Shown one piece after another: positions 1-10,869 of a stretch of DNA of 36,771 nt (positions are counted from its first letter, which is position 1; every line of letters begins with the position of its first letter). The position numbers and the translations under genes are program-made. This DNA comes from Chlorokybus atmophyticus (lineage: Eukaryota; Plantae; Mesostigma and Chlorokybus algae). Below the pieces are notes generated by a model, which was not told the origin of the DNA, searched no databases, and saw only the letters and a list, made by a program, of their open reading frames with translations. The stretch spans positions 1-36,771 of the forward strand of contig RHPI01003467.1 of NCBI GenBank assembly GCA_009103225.1, given 5' to 3'.

Positions 1-449
1 TATTGCTGTCAGCTGTCCGTAACTACCGGTCAACGGCCGTCTGTGCACATCGACCAAAGGGTAACTGGTTGACAACTCTCGGCCGATTAGTGCCACTGAC
101 AACCACTTTCGGCCCGCGGCCGTCTGCGTCAGTCCACTTAAGCCAACGGCAAACCTAACAGTCCAAAAGTAATATTTCAGGCAGCAACAGGCAGGCTCAG
201 GCAGGCTCAGGCACCAGTCAGTCCCTCAGTCCTTAGTCAGTCACCGTGTAAAATTTGCGACGAATAGCTACGTCTCTGCGGATTACGGTAAACCCAAGCG
301 GCTCGCACCATCATATGAAACGCGCGGATCGAGTGGCAATACCCGCGGGTGCGGACAGATTTGGTCATCCAACCGATTTTACACGTTGAACAAATGTGTT
401 AACACATGCATGTGTTTAACACGTAAAAAACCCTTAAATGATGCTATTG

Positions 450-3000
450 GTTAATAGCATATGCGATTATCATAACAAACCCTTGGATAATGCCATTGAT
501 GACTTTGCACGCGCTTGTTACGAGGTAATGGGGGAGACCGGAGTTATGGCAACTTTCACCAGATTATGCCGGGGTAACCATCTTTCGGCCAAAACTTGCA
601 GATTGATAAATACTTAGCGCAAAATCAGTCGCCGGTACATGAAGGCTCAAAAATGAAATGAGCCAACTTGCACCGCAATAAAGGCCGAGCTATACAGCGC
701 GACGGAGGCCGCACATCACGCGTGTCGTAAGGATAGCCGGCACGCTTGGAAGTTATATATATACCCAAAGGGGCGGCTATGCTTGGAGCATGTGATCGTA
801 AGCATATGGGCATGGTTGAAATACACCGCGAACCAATACCGCTCCTCTTTAAAGATGTATCATGTACTTTCAAAAGCGGGAGCGCTGTTAAACGATCTCA
901 GGGATATTATTTGACGGTGGTTTCAAATAATCGCAACCTAATGACTGACCGATCCGAATCCAAGCATAGCCTGGTTTAAAGTTATTGACGAAGTGTCCTA
1001 CCAATAACCATAGGCCCACAATTCGGGGTTGTTAACTCTGAACTACATAATTCAAATACGTATATTCATATTCGTATACACTGGTCCTGACCCAGGCCAC
1101 CACCGCTATGCGAGCGGGGTGAGCCGATTGCAATTGGGAGGACGGCCTTTCAATTGAATTACATAAGGTGATTTGCGCGATAAAACTAGAGGCTGGTTCA
1201 CATGAACCCACAACACCGGCGCGTAGGTTACTCTGGCACCTAGGCCTGTTAACTCGTATGTGGCAAGAATCTAGCGTACCTCGAGCATGACGAGCAGCTA
1301 CTATAGCGTCGTTGCATAAAAAAGGCAATGCTACAGATTGTGGGGAACTGGAGGGGGATATTTTCAATTTACATCGGATAAAAACTCATATGCAAAATTT
1401 TAGCTACAAGCTCCTCGAGGCTAATCGAAGCACGTGGAAATGCGAGGATATTGAAGGATCGATGGGGGATGGAGAACACTTTGTCTATTGCATTGCAAGT
1501 GGATCTTATACATGCCAGTGGATGCCTTCTATCTCCAGTGTTGTTCAATAATTTTGCCGTTGACCTGTCGGCAAGATTTGACGGAGTAAGTAAGTACGAC
1601 TGCCCGGTTGGGGGCAAAGGATTGCGGAAGTTTTGCTGATGATCCTACGTTGCTGGCCCAAACTCCATGCCGACTTCAACATCTTTTGCATGAAGCCTCC
1701 AATTGGGCGTTCACGAATGAGATGTTGTTTGGTATTTGTAAGTGTGGCGTGTAACAGAGATAGAGCATAAAGAAGTATACCCATGGTGATTTATGATGGG
1801 CCGCGACGAAGTCCAACTTGTAACCAAATACTCCTATCTAGGTGTGATGTTGACTGAAGACCTGAGCTTCGATCCATGGCTCAGATTGAAAGAAGAAGTT
1901 CTACATGAAACGATGGGACATTTTCATCAATGTTTTAATGCAGACCAATCCCGCTAGGACTAAAAGAGCTCTTTTGCCAAAGTGCAATAATCTATCAAGC
2001 CACTTCCAGAGGGCCCCGGGGGCNNNNNNNNNNNNNNNNNNNNNNNNNNNNNNNNNNNNNNNNNNNNNNNNNNNNNNNNNNNNNNNNNNNNNNNNNNNNN
2101 NNNNNNNNNNNNNNNNNNNNNNNNNNNNNNNNNNNNNNNNNNNNNNNNNNNNNNNNNNNNNNNNNNNNNNNNNNNNGGGGGGGGGTTTTGTTATTGGGGC
2201 TTTGAAAAGGCTTTCGTGAGCAAACTTCCAGTGCTGGTCAATGCGACATCGCATTGATCATCGCGCTTGCTGTCATATGACGGCATGCGCGATGATCGGC
2301 AATTGAAAAGGCCACAATTACCAAATCGTACGGTAGGTTCCGAGTTGAATTGGGTATCTTGCCTTTGTCGAGGATGTTCGCGTAGGCGCGCATTCATGCG
2401 GTTACAAAGTGGCCTTGTTTGAGGACTTTGATAGCATAGTGAATTTGACGTGCGCATGCACCGGTTCATCGCAAAAGTAAACTTGGGCTACCAGAATACG
2501 TATACAACAATCCAACCCATGGAGTCGCTCCGCCGGCATGCTTCCTTCTCCTGAGAGTGACTCCAAAGAATCCGTGCCGAAGGATGTCTTATATGAGTGT
2601 CACTCGGTGCGTGACCGTGACGGCGATGGTTTGGTGGTCATGGGCCCGATATAACATGGCACCTCCGTACAAGAGGGTACCAAAAATACACCAGCTGGAT
2701 ACCGAGCCAAACCATAGGGATTCAGTGGTTGGCGATGATGGGATGGGTGCCATTTGAACCATAAGACGGGCTTGCAAGTGGAAGTTGTGCGGAACCAACT
2801 AGCGACCATCACTAACAAACCACAATGGGACTGCGTGCTCAGTGGTAAGGAGGTGTTGGGAGGCTACGCTGCGGACTCGTACCACTTATTAATAGAATGC
2901 AACATGTACGCGGAAGCTCGGTCGCAATCGGTTTTACGAGGGTTGATTAATAAAGTTGGACCCGTATTAAGAACCATATGGAATAAACTTTGTATTTAAA
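450..3000 (+). mobile_element. Decayed non-LTR (LINE) retrotransposon ORF2 relic with many stops and frameshifts; spans an assembly gap; boundaries approximate
   Basis: RT motifs appear in canonical order across shifting frames: EDGLSIELHK (~1140-1170); LLTRMWQESSVPRA*RAATIASLHKKGNATDCG (~1250-1345); GCLLSPVLFN (~1520-1550); FADD at 1632-1643; KYSYLGVMLTEDL (~1826-1864). After the gap, DSYHLLIECNMYAEAR (~2873-2920) resembles the C-terminal Cys/His motif of LINE ORF2. Confidence 0.85.
2024..2177. other. Assembly gap (N run) flanked by G-rich runs
   Basis: Run of N bases seen directly in the sequence. Confidence 0.99.
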
Positions 3001-4440
3001 GGCTTATGTGCGGAGCTTCATACTCCCGTGAAAACTGACCAGCAATGGCCAGTGGGAGACGGAGGGCCGCATTGGGCAGATTAATAGCATGAGACCTCAT
3101 GTGCCGCACACAGTGCGCGCAGCTAACGGCTTATCTGCAACTGAGTATACCACGCTATTACCACTCCTCGTCGGATGGTGGAAGTGTACAAGGAAGTACA
3201 AGGGAGACCAAGGTGCTAGTAACTCCGTAGGTTCGCCGCGAGCCGACGCCCTTTGATCATCATGATGGGTATGGTCAGCCGGTATACCAGCACGTGTGGG
3301 TCTTAGTGAATTAACACACTACCTTTGTCGGTTTGACTAATTGTATCCTCCTTCTCCAGGGGGACCATTTCTCATCGGAGCTTTTCCCACAAAAAGCTAA
3401 AGCTAAAAATTACAAAATGAGTGAGGGCACCGCAAATCAAGGTACGGCGCTTGTAGAAATAAAGTGGGGATAGCACCAGCGCTTAGCAATGTCGCCGGTG
3501 CTTTCATAATAGGTGGGTAAGGAAACCGCGAGAATTAAGAGTAGTTCATAAGTACATAATTTGATTGATTCATGGGTGAACTAATTGAACAGTTCACTTA
3601 CGAGTTCGCAAAAAGGCGAATTACGTCTAACTGTTTGGGATAAATGATATTAGTAAGTGACTTATTGAATCGGAAACAATGAGTGTTGAACTATTTGGGG
3701 AATAGCGAGTAGTCGCGTGGGTGTGCCAATTGGTTCACTGAACTATTTCGGAAAGTGATAATTGTGCGGCAATCAAGCGGAAGTATGTGGATGGCAGCTA
3801 CATAGGGCATACCGTACGCCATGTGACATGGCAGTAGTAAAGCTCTTGTCGTTGCATGTGTTGCACATTTGCACAAGCTTGGCCTACATCTCATGCCGCC
3901 TGCATGTGCACATATGTGCAAATCACATTGATTAGCATTGATGTTGAAAGAAGTAGCACCCATGTAAGGGACACGATGGCAGCGACACCGTGTGACAACA
4001 GGATTTGTTGAGTTTGCCGTCACATACTTTGAGGCAAGCAGGTGCAGCAATTTACTTGATAGGTGGACAACTTAGCATTTGACAATGACATTTTGCCGAC
4101 CACAGACGCATGCAAAAACGCGACTGAACAGGGGTTCGCTATCTCAAGCAGCGCTTCCTGCTACACAATACTTAATTGAGTTTGTTGTGTAGTCAAACCA
4201 ACCTATTGGGACAGGAGGACGGTTGCAGCGACTGCTAGTACTTTCTGAAGCACTTAAATGCTTTAATTCGGTTGGGACAAGCAGGCCTTAAGTGCTTATG
4301 ATGCCGGCGCGGCAATATGGTATTGCACCCATGATGATTGAAGCTCCCGGGTGAAGTGCCAGCCTTGGCGAATGTTAAGCGCTTGCTCAAGCCATGGGTT
4401 TCCAAACATGATTACAAGCAAATTATGATGTAGAACAGGA

Positions 4441-4471
4441 ATATGTGCCGTCGCAGAGCGACGGCACATAT
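4441..4471. repeat. Perfect 14-bp inverted repeat with a 3-nt loop
   Basis: ATATGTGCCGTCGC (4441-4454), loop AGA, GCGACGGCACATAT (4458-4471). Confidence 0.95.
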
Positions 4472-5427
4472 GCGATCATGTAGAGCTTTTTGAAGCATTT
4501 GCGTATACATATGGCTTGTTGTGCGAGCAAATCGGCGGGTTTCAAAAGCTGGGGCATGCTTGTGTCATGTCTGTAAGTAGCTTGAAAAGCGAGTGGCCTT
4601 ATCATGCAATTGATAATAAAATTGATCGAGAGTAACAAGTGCGCAGTATGTCATACATGCGCACTCTGTGTGTTGTAGGCCGAGACGCAGCGAACACACT
4701 TTTAACATCTTTCCCTTCACAAAGGCATTGAGCGTGTGGACGAAGCAGTGCAAGATACGTAGGCTTAATGCATGAGTTGCGTATGCACTTTAGCTGTATA
4801 GCATGCACTTAAAATCAATTAGGCTTGTTTAAGACATTGTTCTTACAGCCGGTAGATTTGTTGTTATCATTGTTGTTAACTTTGTTCATTTGTGCGTGTG
4901 TGCACATCACGCACACAATGTTTGCACTTGCATACATTAACATATGATTTTTAATCTGCATTTTTTATGTTAAATACAATTAACCACATCAAACATGATT
5001 ATTGTGATTAAAAGTCAATGACTGCTTCATGATATGTGATGTATAGTAGTTAATACTGACACATCGGCAAATGCAATACAGAAATCCTTAGCAACCACGC
5101 TGTGTTGCAATCTTTACTAGCATAGTTCGCTGCAGTGTGAGTCATAACTTATAACTTATGCCTCACAGAACATGGCGTTGGGCTGCCAACTTGGGCAACG
5201 CACAACTTGCGTGCGGCACAAGGCATTGCGTTTTAGCAATGCAGTCACCTACCCCCGTTCCGTCAATGGAAACAGGTCGCGCATGCCTGGCGCCACTAAG
5301 CCGCTGTGTGGCCAGCAAGCTTGTAGCAGCACCTCCAGTGTCAGCGTCGGCAGCGTCGGTGGCGCGGGGGCCGGCGGCGGAGGGGGGAGGGGGCAAGGTT
5401 GCCCTCGGGGGTGGGGGTGGGAAGGTG

Positions 5428-8400
5428 ATGGCGTCGCTGATCAAGGGCCCCGCTGATGAGCTCCACCAGGCGGCAATGTTCTGGTGGCGCTACGGCGACG
5501 AGTGGCTAGCGGTAGGGGTGGCGTAGGAGCCAGGCTAGGGCTTGCTTGCTTGCTGAATTGCTTGCCCGGTTGCGTCCTAGGGTTGTCCCATGACCTATAG
5601 TCGTCCCGTTCGCTAGCTCGCTGGTTGCTTTGCCGCGTCATGCTGCTCCTAACGTGCCTGCACGTGGTTGTGGAATAGTTGCACACTTATCGAGGCGATC
5701 TGAAGCTTAGCTTCACACAGGATCGCATGCTTCTGTTGCATTGGTGTGCAAGCATTGGCAAGTCCTCTGCCAATGTTTGTCGCACATGACATGCTTGTCT
5801 GTCGGTACTCTCACTAGTTACATGTATCGAGACCAAAGCGTTGATTGATTTTACGCATGGGGTCTCACTGCTAAATGTTAGCTGATTGCAAGCGGTTGCC
5901 TTCACTTGCAATAATGCCTGTGCTTTGGCCGCGCAGTACGCTAGTGCAAGACCAGAGACCCAGAAATGGCGACAGGTAAGCAGCTAAGCAGCTAGTTCAT
6001 GCTTAACTGTGCCTATGATATGATGTGCTCGCTCAGTTGCGGTAGTTAGCTGCACTCTTGAGAGTTTTCCTCGACCGTGCGCTGTTTGTTAAAGGCATTG
6101 ATTGGTTTTGGAGAAGCTCATCCATCATCATATCACACACCAAATGTGAATGAGCTGGTTCTCAATTTCGTCTATACACTCATACGGTCCTCAATTTCTC
6201 AATGGTGGATTGATTGTGTCAACTATTTATATATGCATTGGTAATTGATTCATTATCTCCCCCGTCAATCTTGCTTGCGTGCATTCAGACAAGTTTTCAC
6301 GCCAGCTGACACTTAGACCATCCACTCACTAGTCACCTCGGACATCAGGTTGTGCATTCAGTGCACGGAGCACTGTGTTGGATCGGTTGGATTGACCTTT
6401 TTTAACAGATAGTACTGTCAGTTCACCCGTTAGGTCGTTCATTCATTGCACGGCACACTGTGCATGTGTGCAACTGGGCCTATCTTTTATTGACAGAGAG
6501 CGGTGTCTGCCGGCTGCGTGGCGCTGCTTCTCGTGGCCTCTGCGCTCCTGCTAATGTACCGGCATGGTCCGGCTGTGCACACCATTCGCACACACGCTGC
6601 TGTCGTTGCACCCATGGCGGGATCCGACCTCCCCGCACCCAAAACGGCCGCTCCCGCACGCAGCTCACGCCGGTCCCTGCTCCAAGCAGGTACTAAGTGT
6701 AGCCAAACCCAACATGCAATGCATGTGCCGTGCATTGTTATCATCGTCTTGTTTGCAAGCTTAGCTGTCAGTGTGCATGTGCACGACCTGACCTGTGTTG
6801 ATATTGTTGTTGTGCCATTGCTGACAATAACACCAGCACCAACACCAACAACCACACTCGCTAAGCTTGTTGTTGGCAGATCTTTACGATGAGACGGAGC
6901 GGGAGGCAGAAGAGGAGTTGGACATGGAGTCCACAATTTCATTGGACGCGGTGGTGGACGCGGACGACTGGGTCCAGGAGATGGATGCAGATGCCTCGCA
7001 GGTGGCTACTAGACATATATCACTTGATTTCTTGAACATGGCTGAATTTTCGTTGTGCCAAACATGGTCGTCTCACAGGAATTGGAGGATGAGCTCACGG
7101 TTGGGGTGGCCGATAATGACTGGGACGGCAAGGAGGAATCGGACGTGGATGGAGATGCCACTGGCGGCGACAAAGGCTGGGGAGCCACACAAGCCATGCA
7201 GATGCAGCAGGCTGAGGAGCAGGTATGTTGTCAATTTGATTCTCAACCAAGCACACATAACGTTGGACGCCGTTTTTCAGCTCTATTCAAAGAGTTACAA
7301 TTGTGTCAAACTCAGCATTAGTCATGAGCTTGCGGCTGATTGTAGTGTAGTGTTGTGATGGAGTTTGTTGACCATCGAGCAGGCCAAGCTTGATGCTGCT
7401 CCCGTTGTGACGCTCGATGACTCGACGGCGGTTGTCGCATTTGAAGAACTCAGCGATGAAGACATGGATGCTTTGACGGAGATTATACTCGAGGAGGAAG
7501 AGCTCGAGCGCTCGAAGGCGTCGGCACCTGCCGGGGACAAGGACGTGTACGATGCGATGCCAGAGGAGTTGGCGGAAGTAGCAGATGCCGCGGCAGGCAG
7601 CACGCAACGCGACGATTGGAATGTTGCGATCTCCACCTTTGTCGCAAGCGATGGGGAGGATCGCATGGACAAGACCGCGTGGAAAGAGCTTCATGAACAG
7701 TACATGGACTGGGCCCAGGTGGATAGGAGCATTAAGGTCATCTTTCTTGGGGACTCCATCACTGAGGTATGTGCGCGTGCGCGTGCGCATATGCACTTGC
7801 GTTCGTATTTGTGCTCACCCATATACAGTGCGCGTGAGCTCAAGATGTGTGTTCTGTCAGTGCTTTGCAGCCTGCAGTATTTTGGAGCAAATAATGCACA
7901 AAGCCTGCCACATTGCATGCTGCATGCAGAGTGTTTGCATCGCCATTTCAGCTCAATGCGTCGTGTGTGCTGTGCAGGGCTGGCGTGAAAAGTCAGGCGG
8001 ATACACCGCAGAGCAATACAAGGGTGTCAAGTAAGTGGTGGTGTAGTGCCCCATTGTGTCATGCGTACCGTGGTGGCACCCTTTCTGTCTTGGCGCTGAA
8101 GCAATCAGCCCAGGTGCACAACAACAGGGTTAATCACCACGATCAACACCTGCGCATTATGTGCTCTTGCAGGCAGATATTCGAGGCTAAGTTCCAGTCA
8201 TTGCAGCCGGAGAACTTTGCAATCTCTGGTGACAAAGTCATGAATGTGCTTTGGCGACTGAAGGTGCGACTGAATAGCACCACTTCAAGTCGTTGCATCA
8301 CTGTACGACTGCAGCATTCCAATGTACTACCAGTTGTCTCAGTTTGACTAAACCCAAGCAGTTGCTGTATTCCTTTACTATGCTCTTAACCCTTTGCATC

Positions 8401-9476
8401 GCCTCTGTACCTCATACTGCTAATTGCATTGTTCACAAATAGTCAAGTGTGACGCTGCTATGCTGTTGATTACTCACTATGTGTACTGCTGGTTTGATTT
8501 ATGGTGTGTTATGCTGCAGCATGGGGAGCTTGCGGATGCTCTTCAACCGGAGGCAGCGGTCGTGACCATTGGTGTAAATGACCTTCTGGACGGCTCCTCG
8601 CCCGAGCTTGTTGCACAGGAGGTGTGTTGGGTGCTGCTTGTGTACATGTGGTATCGTTAAGCACGCTCAGGAGCTTGTCATTCCTGTGCATGCCACTAAC
8701 AGTCAGCAAGCGAGTTTGTTGAACGCAGTCGCTTGCACATTGGAAAATTTGCTTATCCTAACCACGGGTGGGTTGCGCAGATAGAAGCCCTTGTTAAGTA
8801 CTTGCGCGATACGCGACCCAACATGGGCATCCTCCTCAATGGCATTCTGCCTATGGTGAGCGCCTGTTGTGTTCTTCACAACGTTGTTGACATTGCTTCA
8901 CAGGGTAACTACTGTCACATGCGTCTGTTGCGTGTACACCCTTACTTATGCCAGATTACTTTACAGAACTACCTTTCAGAAAGCGAGGCAAAGTTAAACT
9001 CAGGCCCGCGCACTCCTTCACAGCTGGTGTACGATACAAACCAGTATCTGATGCGGTTGCACAATCGGCACGGTACGGGTGCCAGCTCGCGTACACCCTG
9101 CATGATATCCAGTGTGTGTCTCCCACCAAGCCAATGGTCACCTTCCTTACGTGTGCTGGCTTCCGTGCAGGTGGCATGGTGTACTACGTTGACTGCGGTT
9201 ATGTTTTCATTGAGAATGAGCATCTCATCCCTCAGATGTACGCGAAGCTCAAGTCAACGGGTTCAGAGGTATGCTCACATTGCAATTATTGCTTGCTCAG
9301 TATGTTGTCATATGTTGAGTACAAATGTTGACCTCCTTGTGGTTGTGCAGTATTGGGACTACCTGCATCTGTCGCAAACGGGGTATGAAGCGTGGGGCGA
9401 TTGCATGCACGGCCCTCTGCACAGGCTATTGCAGACTGCAAGCCTGCAAGCTGCACGCAACCACCCCACAGCGTAG
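5428..9476 (+). CDS. SGNH/GDSL hydrolase similar to the PAF-acetylhydrolase 1b catalytic alpha subunits, with an N-terminal membrane anchor and a long acidic linker; 5' exon uncertain
   Basis: Phase-consistent GT-AG exons: 6497-6689, 6880-7001, 7079-7222, 7383-7766, 7978-8030, 8173-8263, 8520-8621, 8781-8855, 8967-9072, 9171-9268, 9351-9476. The likely first exon is 5428-5511. All SGNH blocks are present: VIFLGDSITE, NFAISGDKVMNVLWRLKHGEL, VVTIGVND and DYLHL. A hydrophobic stretch GCVALLLVASALLLMY lies near the N-terminus. Confidence 0.88.
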
Positions 9477-9994
9477 TGTTGTTTGTATCGCACACGACAT
9501 CAGGCACCGGGGTGGTATGGACACGTGTGATGTGCTCGACTCTGAGGGTCAAGCTGTGTAATGTTTGTTCAAGTGGGAGTAGATAGAGTGTTTGGTAGTT
9601 TTGGCAGTGGTTGTAGGAGACGGTTGTATCACACCTTGTACACAGTCGCAATGGCACTGAAAACCCTGTACACAGCACCAGCAATGTATGCATGGTTCGT
9701 GCATACCATCATAAGCCAAGAGCCTGCTGCCAGCCTTGTTTTGCAACTGTTGTTGCCTTGCACGCATGTGTGCGCGCACGCGCGTGTTTGTGTACAAAAC
9801 AACCGGGAGGGGATTGACTGCGTGCAACGCATGTGCATGTACAGAAAACCGGGAGGCCGATGTGTGTGGTAAGCCTACAAGAAGGGCTGCGCCATCAAGG
9901 CGGACATTGCCTGACAAGAGCTTGTGTTTTGGCTTAGTGCGGCCATGGAGTGAGGTTAATAAGCAAGTTACTCTGGGCGGGGTTCCTGGACACA

Positions 9995-10404
<410 letters not shown>

Positions 10405-10869
10405 TTGACTGCAGCAAGCACCAGTGCACTGTGTCCACTGTCGTCCACCGACAAACACGGTCGCAAAACCAATGCCAGCAACGTCTTTGTACACTGCAAA
10501 GTTAGCTTGCGTCTTGATGGTTGGCCAAACTACTGTATTACATGGAAGCAAGCAGTTCCTGGGCTATCAGTATACACGCGCACCTAATATCCAAAGCGAC
10601 AAAGACTGACTCAACGACTGACTCAGTAACTAAACAATATCGCCATGTGTCAGTGCCGATTGTGTGGTGTACAAAACCCAAGATGACATAGCAGTTGCCG
10701 ATTGACTGTCTTGGTGAGCAGTACAGTGGTATGATTGACGTGTCATATCAGCACCCATGAGGCATGTCGCATAAGACAATTGCTGATCAGCGGCTGCACC
10801 CTACGCAGTGACTGTACACCAGTTTGGATTGACTAGAACTGGCTGCCACAACTGCACAAGCCAAGCAAG

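Noticed and set aside
4441-4483. 14-bp hairpin as a Helitron 3' terminus
   Set aside because: There is no CTRR end followed by T at the expected distance on either strand, and no matching 5' TC end was identified. It is kept only as part of the hairpin cluster.
5163-5444. Pro/Ala-rich minus-strand ORF as a separate gene
   Set aside because: It starts at a TTG with no in-frame ATG and shows no homology. The GC-rich sequence is better explained as the 5' UTR or first exon of the + strand SGNH gene.
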